64,000 nt of DNA from a virus. Below the pieces are notes generated by a model. The model saw only the letters and a list, made by a program, of their open reading frames with translations. It was not told where the DNA came from and searched no databases. The position numbers and the translations under genes are program-made. The stretch lies in the IMG/VR virus record IMGVR_UViG_3300050190_000082, positions 89,760 to 153,759 of that record. One strand, given 5' to 3'. Shown here piece after piece: positions 40,517 through 50,749 of the stretch; positions within the stretch are counted from its first letter, which is position 1; each line of letters starts with the position of its first letter.

Positions 40517-42208
40517 TTAGGTTTTATCACCGACTTCGAAGTGTTCCTCCATACAGGAATCCGAACAAAAAGGAGCAAATTCATCGTCAATATTAATAGG
40601 CGAATTACAATTCTTACATACTCTTTGAGAGAATTTCTCATTCTCGTTATACCCTCCACCCCTCGTCTCTGAACCAGCCTCACCTAATTGACCATCAGAT
40701 TTTTTAGGTGCTCCACCTTTGTTATCAGAAGAGGAAGTAGTAAAACTAGACTGCAATGGTATCATCATGCTTCTTGTTTTATTCAGCAAAGAATCAACTA
40801 AAACATTATCCATTTCAAAAGGTTCATAGTCGTAGGATGCGAGGAGTCTTTCCGGCTGTCCCCCGGATTGTGCTAATGATAAAGCAGATTGTTTATCATC
40901 ATCTAAGAAAAATTCACATCTCCTAAGAAAATGAATTGCAAAATTGTATTTACCACCAATTTTAAAAAGTTGTAAATTTATGAATCTCTCAAACTGTGAA
41001 TACATATGTTTTATATAATTATAATCTGCTTGAACACTCAACTTTAATGCTATTGCTGATTTTGTATCCATACCAAAAATTCCACCAGCCACACCTACAG
41101 ATGACCAGAATTGTTGCTCTGATGTTCCAACTATATTATTCATATTTTGAGAATTTGTAAATTTAGCATTATCCATTTCCATAGGTGTGCTGATAACGCC
41201 AGTACCGGGTGGAACTAATGACTGTGCTAAAGCAACATAGTTTATTACTTCTGGTGCTGTCATGGTTGGTTTGCCATTTTCATCAAGTGGAGCTTTTAAA
41301 TACATTATTTGATAAGTTTGAAGTTCTGCACTTAATTTTAGCAAATCTTTATAATCTTGGATTTGAATTCCATCCTTGAATGTTCCTGAAAGGGGAGGAA
41401 CAATCTCAGGTCTGTTATCATCAAACTTAAATACAACTGCCTTGTCGTAAGGTAAGGAACGATATGGATTAGCATTTTTATTTGATTCATTATCTCCCAA
41501 AAACTCTTTGTACCATTCCGAGAACTCAGGAGCAAATCCAGCCATTGCATTTGGAAATTGTTTGAAGAAATTCATAGAGAGAGCAGATGTGAATCCATAA
41601 TCGGTTTTACCATCAATCGTCATATAATCATCAGGAAGAGACATTAGCGAATTTCCTTCTTCACTTTCTCTTAGATAATAAAATTTTCCTCCAGAACGCA
41701 TGACATCTGACATGACATTAGGGCATTGCTCTTTAATTCTAAACTTACGAAGCCATTCATTATTTTTTGCTCTCTGTTTTATGTATAAATCAACTATCTT
41801 TTGATTGCTATTTAATGGGGGTGGGTTTAATGGTATAAGTTCATAGGCAAAGTTTAATAAACTTGCAAAATGAGCAACAGATCGTTGATATTGCATTACA
41901 GACCAATATAAAAAGTCTGAACATGCCATTAATTGTTTCTCAAAATATCTAGGATTATTTAACCAACTAATAATATTTGCTTCAGTTGGTCTTGTGGGAA
42001 GTGTATTCATCCTCTTCATTGCATTATTTGCATAAAGAGGATTATAAAAATTAGAATTCGAACCAGAAGATTTTTGAATAAACTTAGCATAAGTATCCAT
42101 AAATCTTGTAGCAAATTCCTCTGCAAAATTAGCAGAAAGAGGGTTAAGATTTTCATTTATTGGTTTTTGTTTTGAGTTAGGGTTGTTATTTTCTATTGGG
42201 GTATCCAT
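40517..42208 (-). CDS. Portal protein (YonE-like) with C-terminal Zn finger
   Basis: Directly after terminase; C-terminal GGAP motif then CKNC..PFCSDSC. Confidence 0.8.
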   Translation of the reverse strand: MDTPIENNNPNSKQKPINENLNPLSANFAEEFATRFMDTYAKFIQKSSGSNSNFYNPLYANNAMKRMNTLPTRPTEANIISWLNNPRYFEKQLMACSDFLYWSVMQYQRSVAHFASLLNFAYELIPLNPPPLNSNQKIVDLYIKQRAKNNEWLRKFRIKEQCPNVMSDVMRSGGKFYYLRESEEGNSLMSLPDDYMTIDGKTDYGFTSALSMNFFKQFPNAMAGFAPEFSEWYKEFLGDNESNKNANPYRSLPYDKAVVFKFDDNRPEIVPPLSGTFKDGIQIQDYKDLLKLSAELQTYQIMYLKAPLDENGKPTMTAPEVINYVALAQSLVPPGTGVISTPMEMDNAKFTNSQNMNNIVGTSEQQFWSSVGVAGGIFGMDTKSAIALKLSVQADYNYIKHMYSQFERFINLQLFKIGGKYNFAIHFLRRCEFFLDDDKQSALSLAQSGGQPERLLASYDYEPFEMDNVLVDSLLNKTRSMMIPLQSSFTTSSSDNKGGAPKKSDGQLGEAGSETRGGGYNENEKFSQRVCKNCNSPINIDDEFAPFCSDSCMEEHFEVGDKT

Positions 42209-42251
42209 AGGAGACCTCCTTTCGAGATTATTATTTTATAAATTTATTTAA

Positions 42252-44147
42252 TTATCTTTTTCGTCCGAATGGATTATTTCTGTTTGTATTTCTATTGAAG
42301 ATATTATTTCCTTGATTCATGTTTGCTGTTGAGACAAAGTAGGAGGAGAGGTCTGTGCTTTCCTTTTCTTTTAACAAATCTTGCTCTAAAAAAGAAATAA
42401 ACCAACCGCCATAACTGCTACTAGTGTAGCGGTCTTTTCTGGAAGAACCTACAGTATCTAACTTAATATTTCCACCATTCATTGAATATTCAAGATTTAT
42501 TGTTTCATTAATTAACTCCGAAAATTGCCTGTATGGGTGTAAATACCAAACTTTTAAATTTATATCTTGATTACGAGCAAAGTCTTTATTCTTTTTATTT
42601 AAATAATCTTCACCATCATTTTCGTCAACAAGAAAACTACACATTCCTCTTTGTAGTTTATCTCTAAAATTAACAGCAATATCATTATTGTCTCTAGCAC
42701 CTGCTAATATAGGGTATATGATAGGCTTTGCATTAATAGCTAATGTTTTTTCTTTTAACTCTTCTATTAAAGACTTAGATAGAGATTTATGTTCAAATAC
42801 AGTAAGTGCTTCATATTCAATTCCGCGTTCTTCATCTTTAGTAATGACTGCTAGTCTTTCGAAAATTGCAATTCCTGCCTGTTGGAGATCAAGTACAATA
42901 TAATCAGCTTCAAAATCATGATAAATTTGCTTAATTCTGAGGGTTTGTTTCCCAGTATGTTCTCCATTATGGGATTCCATATAAACATATTCTCTTTCAT
43001 ATCCCTTAGCCGTAGGTAATGCTCTTATACAAGTTATAATTGTATTATCATTTTTTTTACCCTTACGAGTTGCAATATCAATTGAAACTATCCTAATTTC
43101 TCCATCTGCTTTTTTTATTTCATTTGGATTTCTCTTCTTATCATAATTATCATTTCTAAAAGGATAAAAAGCCTTCTTTAAATTTCTATTCTTTTGAAAC
43201 ATTTCTAATTTAAAATAAGCGTTACTATTTTCACCCCAAGGTATATTTTCATACTCTTCTAGGAATGTAATTGAGTCCATTGTAGCTCTATCTCTTGCTA
43301 TTGCTTTTACAGTTTTAATATTGTGTTTTATTGCTATTAAGTAATCAAATGCAATAAATCCAGCATCTTTACCTTGCAACATCATTTTTATAGTAGTCAT
43401 TGTTTCTTTATACCACCATAATCCCTTGTGATATGCAGATGATATAAGAACTTGTCGTGGTTCTTCAACTAATATTTTCATATTGGAATATTTAGGGTTC
43501 TTTAGATAAGGTGTTTGCCTAGCATAAGCAAAAGGTTTCACGATACTATCAAATTTTTGCTTATCCATAATCCTAAATTCTTCACCTATAGTGAACGTAC
43601 TTCTTTCTCCACGACCTGACTCCGAGCAGGCAACAATTTTAATTGTTGTGCCATTATGTAGAGTACAATTACAGTTATTTTGTGTATCTGAAAAATCTTT
43701 TACTTCTCTTGCAATATTAGGGTAGTCATCTTTCAACCTTGCCATTTTACCAAAAATAATAGATGCCTGCTTCAAAGTTGTTGCCACGATTACAATTTCA
43801 GAATTTGGGAAAAGCGAGCCACGAGCATAAGCTAGTACAGCGATCAACCATGATTTGGCTGCGGCTCTCGAAGCGATAGTTACAAAATTCTCAGAAATAC
43901 TCATAAAATATATCCATAGAATTTGATACCAATACAACTGAATTCCAAAATAATGTTGGATAAAGCGATGTACATTTCTGCGATAAAAAGTTATCCAGTC
44001 TATTAGGTTATCTTGTTTTTCTTCACTTTTCTCTTTATCTTTAATCATTGTTTTTGGTGCTCTAAATTGATCACTATGACCAGAATATTTGTTAAAATTA
44101 TTTTCAAATTTTTGATATGATCTACCCATTAGAATCACCATCGCCAT
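42252..44147 (-). CDS. Terminase large subunit (YonF-like)
   Basis: ASRAAAKS Walker A, RG.R..EEF Walker B, ISSA, SIDIA..ND, RKDRY nuclease motifs. Confidence 0.92.
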   Translation of the reverse strand: MAMVILMGRSYQKFENNFNKYSGHSDQFRAPKTMIKDKEKSEEKQDNLIDWITFYRRNVHRFIQHYFGIQLYWYQILWIYFMSISENFVTIASRAAAKSWLIAVLAYARGSLFPNSEIVIVATTLKQASIIFGKMARLKDDYPNIAREVKDFSDTQNNCNCTLHNGTTIKIVACSESGRGERSTFTIGEEFRIMDKQKFDSIVKPFAYARQTPYLKNPKYSNMKILVEEPRQVLISSAYHKGLWWYKETMTTIKMMLQGKDAGFIAFDYLIAIKHNIKTVKAIARDRATMDSITFLEEYENIPWGENSNAYFKLEMFQKNRNLKKAFYPFRNDNYDKKRNPNEIKKADGEIRIVSIDIATRKGKKNDNTIITCIRALPTAKGYEREYVYMESHNGEHTGKQTLRIKQIYHDFEADYIVLDLQQAGIAIFERLAVITKDEERGIEYEALTVFEHKSLSKSLIEELKEKTLAINAKPIIYPILAGARDNNDIAVNFRDKLQRGMCSFLVDENDGEDYLNKKNKDFARNQDINLKVWYLHPYRQFSELINETINLEYSMNGGNIKLDTVGSSRKDRYTSSSYGGWFISFLEQDLLKEKESTDLSSYFVSTANMNQGNNIFNRNTNRNNPFGRKR

Positions 44148-45087
44148 TTACAACATCTGCACTATCCAAATCCGTATCTATATTATCATCAACAACAAAA
44201 TTTCTAACTCCAGTTATAAAATTTTCAATAGGTCTAACAATATAATTTTTAATATATGGAAGGAAGCCATCCATGTCTTTATATTTTTCTTGATCTTCAA
44301 ACCATTCTGCTGGTTTGAATTGCTCTATATCTTTAATCCAAGCACCAAAGCAATCATGAGATTTTCCAGCACTTGCAGCATTTGCTTTTGCAGGGTCAAG
44401 GGAGGCTGTTTTTAACAAGTCTTGTAATTCTTTCTGAAGACCACCAACGCCATCACCTTTTTCTCTTGCTTGTCTGATTTCAAGAATTTTGATACAGATT
44501 TCTCTTAATAAAGTTATTTCTGCTTGATTGTCACACTTATGCGTTTGTTTCCATGCTGATAATTCTGCTTCTAAGAATATATAATCGTCAATATTAAAAC
44601 TTTTTCCCCAAAAGATAATTAAATCGTCATCAACCTCTTCATTTTCTATATCCATATTTTCTTGTCTTAAAAAATTACTATCTTTATATCTAAAAGATTC
44701 CATCTTCTCATTATTTTTATTTGTCGAACTAAGTTTTGACTTATAATATCCAAAAACCTTGTCAGCTTTCTTGCCTTTTATCATTAGACTTTCCATATGT
44801 GTCTGAGCACTTTTTAGTGCTTCTTCACTATATCTAATATCTAAATCTTGACATGTCAGTTTTAGAGAAGCTTCTAAACTGTCATATATAGAAAAGTAAT
44901 TATCGAAAATCTCATTACAGTGTGTTTTACATACTGACATTAGACCATTTTTGTCGATCATGGGATTTGTTGAGGTATAGAATAAAGATGCGTTTAGGGT
45001 ATCTTGGCACATCCTACAATAAGTTTTCTCAACAATTGTTGTACTAGGTTCTTTTATTGCTTTCCCTACTCGTGGAATGGGAATCAC
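44122..45087 (-). CDS. Putative terminase small subunit (YonG position)
   Basis: N-terminal Zn finger; FG.WIK.IEQ..PAE; immediately upstream of large terminase. Confidence 0.6.
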   Translation of the reverse strand: MIPIPRVGKAIKEPSTTIVEKTYCRMCQDTLNASLFYTSTNPMIDKNGLMSVCKTHCNEIFDNYFSIYDSLEASLKLTCQDLDIRYSEEALKSAQTHMESLMIKGKKADKVFGYYKSKLSSTNKNNEKMESFRYKDSNFLRQENMDIENEEVDDDLIIFWGKSFNIDDYIFLEAELSAWKQTHKCDNQAEITLLREICIKILEIRQAREKGDGVGGLQKELQDLLKTASLDPAKANAASAGKSHDCFGAWIKDIEQFKPAEWFEDQEKYKDMDGFLPYIKNYIVRPIENFITGVRNFVVDDNIDTDLDSADVVNGDGDSNG

Positions 45088-45121
45088 CCTCTTTTAATTA
45101 AAATAAAGAAGTTAATCTTAT

Positions 45122-46102
45122 TCAAATAACTTCTTTTAAATCTTTTTCTGTTATTCTTCTTAATTTTCCATATACTTTATCATTCATTAACCCACCGATA
45201 TCTATATTGTAATGAGAATGATATTTTTCTTCAGATTTAAACCACTCTAATGCTTTATTATATTCTTGCATCATTACTTCATCCGAAGGAAGGTAGTCCC
45301 TTCCAGTATTAATAAAAATACCTTTCCAACCAAGTTTTTTCATGTAATAATATCTTCTTATTTCTCTATTATTAAATTGTTGCTGTGTCTTTTGCCCCAT
45401 CTTTACACATAAGTCATGACCAGAGCCATTTAGTTCTATGTAAATCTTATTATCAGGAAAAGCAATATCTAAACTTGGAGTATCATTGGAGTAATTCAAG
45501 ATACCACCTAACAATTGATGGACATATATTTGTTGTCTTGAAGTTCTTACAGTTCCATTTCTATAAAATGTTTCTGCCTTCTTTATCTTTATATCTTCAT
45601 TCTGAGATATATTATCTACACCATATTTATCTTGTATTATTTGCTTATATGTGATTTTAAAATGTTCAGAGGCAAAAACATTATCTACCCCATATATCTC
45701 TAAGTTGGTTTGCTTTTGTTTCTCTATGAACTCTGGTTGATTAATATGATATTCAAACCCAAAATTAATCATATTACACTCCGCAGTTTTCTTTGATATA
45801 CATTTTTTATTTGAACAACAATCTTTATGTATAATAGATTTTAAATTATTCTTTATATAATCTGCGACATTTTTAGGATAAATATCTCTGCAACCTTCTT
45901 CTTGATAATCGCATTTAACTGTAACTTTTGCTTCACTATACTCTGGCATATCCTCAATTTTGACAAATAGTGGTTGTGAATAATCTACAACGGGTTTGCC
46001 TTTTTTACCAATTACCATTGGTATTTTATAACCCTTTTCTCTATAATATAGTATCTTCTTATTACCTCTTAATCCAACTTCGACTTCTTTTGTTAACAAC
46101 AT
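45122..46102 (-). CDS. Putative free-standing endonuclease (shared N-terminal module, YGV.N repeats, Vsr/DUF559-like domain)
   Basis: Start MLLTKEV after GAGGG; VTVKCDY; LDIA...IYIELNGSGH...GWK. Confidence 0.75.
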   Translation of the reverse strand: MLLTKEVEVGLRGNKKILYYREKGYKIPMVIGKKGKPVVDYSQPLFVKIEDMPEYSEAKVTVKCDYQEEGCRDIYPKNVADYIKNNLKSIIHKDCCSNKKCISKKTAECNMINFGFEYHINQPEFIEKQKQTNLEIYGVDNVFASEHFKITYKQIIQDKYGVDNISQNEDIKIKKAETFYRNGTVRTSRQQIYVHQLLGGILNYSNDTPSLDIAFPDNKIYIELNGSGHDLCVKMGQKTQQQFNNREIRRYYYMKKLGWKGIFINTGRDYLPSDEVMMQEYNKALEWFKSEEKYHSHYNIDIGGLMNDKVYGKLRRITEKDLKEVI

Positions 46103-46117
46103 TACCGATTCCCTCTT

Positions 46118-46205
46118 TCTGCACATTTATTTATCTGCACTTAAAAATATAAAGAAGATAGGTGTGCAGAGACTTGGCAATTACCCCAAATCTAAACCTA
46201 TCTTC
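46118..46205 (-). promoter_or_regulatory. Structured 5' leader, copy C
   Basis: P1 GAAGAUAGGU/ACCUAUCUUC; P2 AGAUUUGG/CCAAGUCU with loop GGUAAUUG; CUGCAC complementary to two downstream GUGCAG. Confidence 0.7.
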
Positions 46206-46289
46206 CTAGTTCTCAAATTTTCATTTTTGGGAACAACAAATACCCCAAACATTTCTGCTTGGATTATCGACTTGATCACAAAACTTTAT

Positions 46290-46595
46290 TTACAATTTCA
46301 TTTTATTCAGCCTATAAACTTTTCCATTAATTCTATCAATATGACAATACATAATATTATTTATATTTATGTAGTCAATCACAATTTCATTTAAATGAAA
46401 CCATTCACCTTGTAATTTGTACTCAGAAAATAATTGATGAGTGTATTTTTCTTCCGCTTCATTTCCATTCATATATCCCAACAAAACCAAAACATTTCCA
46501 TTAGAAGTCTGTAATTGTTTTAAACGTTTCTTAATATCTTTGCTATAACCTATTTTAACAACATCATTAGTTGTATCAGCAATAAAATAAACCAT
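46290..46595 (-). CDS. GIY-YIG (T5orf172/MUG113-like) nuclease
   Basis: VYFI..VKIGYS....RL..LQT..E...H..F....GEWF. Confidence 0.88.
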   Translation of the reverse strand: MVYFIADTTNDVVKIGYSKDIKKRLKQLQTSNGNVLVLLGYMNGNEAEEKYTHQLFSEYKLQGEWFHLNEIVIDYININNIMYCHIDRINGKVYRLNKMKL

Positions 46596-46785
46596 AATTA
46601 TATTAATTCTCCTTATAAATTACTTATAAAAATAGGTAAGCACTCTCAAATCCAAGTAGGAGAGAGTGCTTAGAAAATTCATAAATATATTATTCAAATT
46701 CTCATAAATACTAAGGTTTAAAATAAACATTAATCTTCTAGAAACTCTCTCTCATTTCTTCCTTATTTTCTAGTCTCCCAAACTC

Positions 46786-47010
46786 TTATATCTTTATCGT
46801 ATTAATCTTGACAAAACTAGGAACAGTAATTACCTTTGCATTATTTTCAAGTGCTTTAACCACATACCTATGGACATCACCAACATCTTGTAAAGTTCCA
46901 TCAACAGATACAATAACCTTAATCCTATCAGAATTTTCATCAATCTTAATAATGCTACTTTTTATTATCTCTTTATCACTATTTTTGGTTTGAACCTCAA
47001 TTTCTTTCAT
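46786..47010 (-). CDS. Hypothetical protein
   Basis: 74 aa, AGGAGG RBS. Confidence 0.65.
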   Translation of the reverse strand: MKEIEVQTKNSDKEIIKSSIIKIDENSDRIKVIVSVDGTLQDVGDVHRYVVKALENNAKVITVPSFVKINTIKI

Positions 47011-47044
47011 CGGGATTCAACCTCCTTTATTTATATGTTTATAT

Positions 47045-47440
47045 CTAATCTAAAAAGTCTAACATTTCTTCTCTACTATCCTCAAATCCAATTGCCTTAG
47101 CAGTTTGAAGTAAATTATAAAGAGTATTTCTAAGTTCACAACCGCAAGTATACTCAATATCCTCAATTAAATCCGCATAATGTTCTACCATTGCAATATC
47201 ATTTACTTGATCTTCTGTAAATTCTTCACGAGCAGACTCACATTCATCACTCATATCATAAGCTTCATCAATTGCATCTAATCTACGCTGCTCAATTTCA
47301 TCTTCCTCAGTTGCAAGTTCTTCAATTTCTGCTTGTTCTGAGAATGTATCAAAATCTACTTGCTCTCCTGAAATCGAGTAAAATTCTTCCCAACCCTGAG
47401 TTTCTTGATTGAAGATTGATTCATTTTTGAATACACGCAT
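47045..47440 (-). CDS. Acidic hypothetical protein
   Basis: 131 aa, AGGTGG RBS. Confidence 0.7.
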   Translation of the reverse strand: MRVFKNESIFNQETQGWEEFYSISGEQVDFDTFSEQAEIEELATEEDEIEQRRLDAIDEAYDMSDECESAREEFTEDQVNDIAMVEHYADLIEDIEYTCGCELRNTLYNLLQTAKAIGFEDSREEMLDFLD

Positions 47441-47492
47441 TAATATTATTCCACCTTATTATTTTATTTTAATGTAATTATTGTTGTTAGAT

Positions 47493-47855
47493 TTAAATTT
47501 CAGAGTTTTCCTTTGCATTAGAAACATGCTTAGAAACTTCAATAGAAGAATTTGCAGATATCTCAGATACCTTAATGTTGTTCTCAATATTCATCTTGTT
47601 AAAAATTGTTGCTACGCTATCTTCTACAGAAAAACCTGCATTAATTAATCCTGTGTACATACCAGCAAAATAACTAGAATCTTTTAATCCTCTAACAAAC
47701 TCAGTTTTATCAAATTGGATATCAACATCTTCTGCTAAATTCTCTGTAGAAATAAATAATGGTTCACAGAAAATAACCATATCTGAATCAGACTTATTTA
47801 ATTCTAAAGGCAGAATTGGGTCTTCTATTTTTGCTTCTTTATCCTCTATTGGCAT
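47493..47855 (-). CDS. Hypothetical protein
   Basis: 120 aa, AGGAG RBS. Confidence 0.7.
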   Translation of the reverse strand: MPIEDKEAKIEDPILPLELNKSDSDMVIFCEPLFISTENLAEDVDIQFDKTEFVRGLKDSSYFAGMYTGLINAGFSVEDSVATIFNKMNIENNIKVSEISANSSIEVSKHVSNAKENSEI

Positions 47856-47872
47856 ATTAAGTCTCCTATTTC

Positions 47873-48460
47873 CTATAAAATTTTATCAACTATATTAAAT
47901 TCCTCTTTAACTGCATCAGAACCCCAAAAATACCAATCATATTTCATCTTCTTAATCTCTTCTAACCTTGCATCTGAAATATTTGTAGTATCGGTTATAA
48001 TTGACTTTAATTTATTCCATATAGTTTCAGTTTCTTCCATATCATCAATCATATCTTGATGTTTTCCAGAAGTTCCAGATATAGCACTATGAACCATAAT
48101 TCTAGAATCAGGTAAAGCTCTACGGTCACTACCACTTATCAATATCCAAAAGCCACCTGAAAATGCTATTGTATGAACAGTAGTAATTATCTTATAACCG
48201 TCATTTCTTACCATACTTCTGATTTTTGAGCATAGAGCAATTGTTGAATAAGCATCTCCACCATATGTATCCAAAACAATTTCGATAGGTTTTTTAGTTC
48301 CTGATTTTTTATCAATAGCTTGGAGTCTATCTAAATAATAAATTACCTTGAAAATCGACTCTCTATCAATTTCCTCGCAAAGAAAAATACGACGATCACG
48401 AATAGCAGAGTTAATACGCATTTCCTCGATTACTCTATCAACTGGCATCATAACTTCCAT
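47873..48460 (-). CDS. ClpP-like protease subunit
   Basis: RRIFL, TYGG, AFSGG (Ser), R.ALP.SRIMVH (His), DW. Confidence 0.88.
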   Translation of the reverse strand: MEVMMPVDRVIEEMRINSAIRDRRIFLCEEIDRESIFKVIYYLDRLQAIDKKSGTKKPIEIVLDTYGGDAYSTIALCSKIRSMVRNDGYKIITTVHTIAFSGGFWILISGSDRRALPDSRIMVHSAISGTSGKHQDMIDDMEETETIWNKLKSIITDTTNISDARLEEIKKMKYDWYFWGSDAVKEEFNIVDKIL

Positions 48461-48488
48461 ATATGTATTACCTTTCGGATAATTTATT

Positions 48489-49448
48489 TTATAAAACTTT
48501 TACATGATTCCAACATTTGTTTAATTTTATTCTGGATATCAAAGTTGAAGTCACTTTATATTCTTTTGCTAAAGTAATTCCCTTTTCTCCATCATTTAAT
48601 CTAGTTCTAATATTAATAACATCAGATTCAGATAAAACAGCCATGCCATTAGTAGAACCTTTTAATCCTTCTATTATAGGGAATGTTATATTTTCGGTAA
48701 GATGTTTCCAAGTTGATTTAATCCTAATATCATTAATTGATCTCCTGTTTATATTGAAATCATTAGATATTGTTTCGCAAGATTCTTTATTTAATAGTCT
48801 ATCTATAATAGTTAATGCCTGCTTTTCAGTAAGTTTAGAATTGTGCTTATTTTCCCCTCTATCTAACCTCTCCTTAAAAACAAGTCCTTTAGTAAGACTA
48901 TTCCATGATATACGGTAGTAAATATTATATATAGTTGATTTATCAACCTTTAATTTTACAGCTATCTGTGTTATTGGAACAATTGTATTTACCAAGTAAG
49001 CTATAACTTGTAAAATAGATTTTTTGCTATACTTAGATGCACCGCATTCTTCCCCTTCATATATCGGTGGTTGATTTCCTCCGTCTTGAATATTAGTTAG
49101 TCTATAATTAGGGAAATCTGCTCTGTATAAATGTATTAATTTTATCTCCATAGCAAATGCGGCTTCTTCTGATAGACAATCAAAAACTATTCTATAATTT
49201 GTGTTATGAGAATCGTACATCTTCATAAAAAATAAGTTTTCTTTTTTTAGTTGCTTTGCTCTATTTAATTTTCCTTTACCAACATAAAAAACTTCATTTG
49301 TCTCAATAATATACCATTCATAAACATAATAAATTTGTTGAGTATCTAATTCTTTTGGATTTCTTGTTTTCTTTTTCACATCCCCATCTCCTTTATTTTT
49401 GCAAACAAAAGAGATGACAGAGAAACATTCTGCCATCCAAACCTCCAC
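48489..49448 (-). CDS. GIY-YIG endonuclease with C-terminal HTH repeats
   Basis: YYVY...FYVGKG...R, E..LI, LTN...GG; three (S/A)K(L/Y)..V..I...W.H repeats. Confidence 0.8.
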   Translation of the reverse strand: MEVWMAECFSVISFVCKNKGDGDVKKKTRNPKELDTQQIYYVYEWYIIETNEVFYVGKGKLNRAKQLKKENLFFMKMYDSHNTNYRIVFDCLSEEAAFAMEIKLIHLYRADFPNYRLTNIQDGGNQPPIYEGEECGASKYSKKSILQVIAYLVNTIVPITQIAVKLKVDKSTIYNIYYRISWNSLTKGLVFKERLDRGENKHNSKLTEKQALTIIDRLLNKESCETISNDFNINRRSINDIRIKSTWKHLTENITFPIIEGLKGSTNGMAVLSESDVINIRTRLNDGEKGITLAKEYKVTSTLISRIKLNKCWNHVKVL

Positions 49449-49484
49449 ATAGAGAAACAGTCTAAAGGAGGATATTATTATATA

Positions 49485-50705
49485 TTACTTGAATTTACAA
49501 TCATTAATATATTTCCTACCATAGTCCTTACGAACAATAAACATAGTAGCACCTGAATTAGAACTCTTTTTGATATCTTTGGCATAATCATTCATTCCCA
49601 TAATTGATCTAACTTGAATAACTTCTTTACCTTTTGCTACTTCAAATTCATTCTTACTATGTAAATGACCACAAACAAAATAATCGACATCAATGTTATA
49701 TGTATCTTCATAATCCTTAATACTATTTCTGAGATTGTTTTCTTTATTTCCATGAGCAGTTAAGAAATTATATCCATTAATATTGAAGTAATTCAGACCA
49801 TCAAGACTATCACATATATTGATATTTGGATTATTCCTAAATGATTTTTTTAAAGTCCTAGTATAGATACGTTCTAGATTTTCATGAGGAAAATCACCTT
49901 TTTTACCTGTTAAAAGTCTTAAATCTGAGTGATTACCTTCTGATGTATAAAAATCAATACTGAAATATGTACTCAATGAGAATAATATGTCTTCGATAAA
50001 ATCAGCATAATCTAGAATGACATCAACTATATTCCCCTTCAATGATTTAAGTTGAGAAATGTGGAGTATGCCATCTATACTGTCGCCTAAGTCAGTAAGA
50101 GATAATTTCTTAACATTATGTTTACTCCCGAAATCAATCAATTCATCTCTATATTCAATCATTCTACGTTTAAAAATATCAGCATTGTATTCATTAATAA
50201 TTTCACCATTAAATCCTTTTATAGAAAATTCACAACCATAATGAGGGTCTGCAAATGCACTAAATAACTCATCTGAACCATTCTCGATTAAGATAGGAGA
50301 AGGGAGTTGTCTGCTTTTTCTTCCAATCAGTTTTAGAACTGATTCGTCTATTCTTTCATAGAACAATTCTTCCCTAGACTGTTCTTTAAGCCAAGCAAAG
50401 TATTCACTTTTCTCATCTCTAAGTTTTTGTCTTTCTTTATAAACTTCACGCTTTTGAATATCGTATTCTTTTAATATGCTATCATCTGAAATGCTATTAA
50501 CCTTAGTATCCGTTACACCTTCATTATACGCACGATACCATTTTCTGTAGCAGGACTCAGTAAAATTCTCGCCAGATTCTTTATTTACTAAGTCTGCTAT
50601 TTCTTGAGATTTTAAGTTGTATAGTTCTTTATTATCAAAGAGCCTGATTTTATAATTCTTTACACTTTCGTTGTCTAATCTTAAATATTTCATTAAGCAC
50701 TCCAA
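49485..50705 (-). CDS. Calcineurin-like metallophosphoesterase (YonJ-like)
   Basis: DPHYG, GDSIDG, GNH, HG, GHLH motifs. Confidence 0.85.
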   Translation of the reverse strand: MECLMKYLRLDNESVKNYKIRLFDNKELYNLKSQEIADLVNKESGENFTESCYRKWYRAYNEGVTDTKVNSISDDSILKEYDIQKREVYKERQKLRDEKSEYFAWLKEQSREELFYERIDESVLKLIGRKSRQLPSPILIENGSDELFSAFADPHYGCEFSIKGFNGEIINEYNADIFKRRMIEYRDELIDFGSKHNVKKLSLTDLGDSIDGILHISQLKSLKGNIVDVILDYADFIEDILFSLSTYFSIDFYTSEGNHSDLRLLTGKKGDFPHENLERIYTRTLKKSFRNNPNINICDSLDGLNYFNINGYNFLTAHGNKENNLRNSIKDYEDTYNIDVDYFVCGHLHSKNEFEVAKGKEVIQVRSIMGMNDYAKDIKKSSNSGATMFIVRKDYGRKYINDCKFK

Positions 50706-50749
50706 TGTAATTTATTTTCATTATTAATTCACAATCGACCAATGTGATT

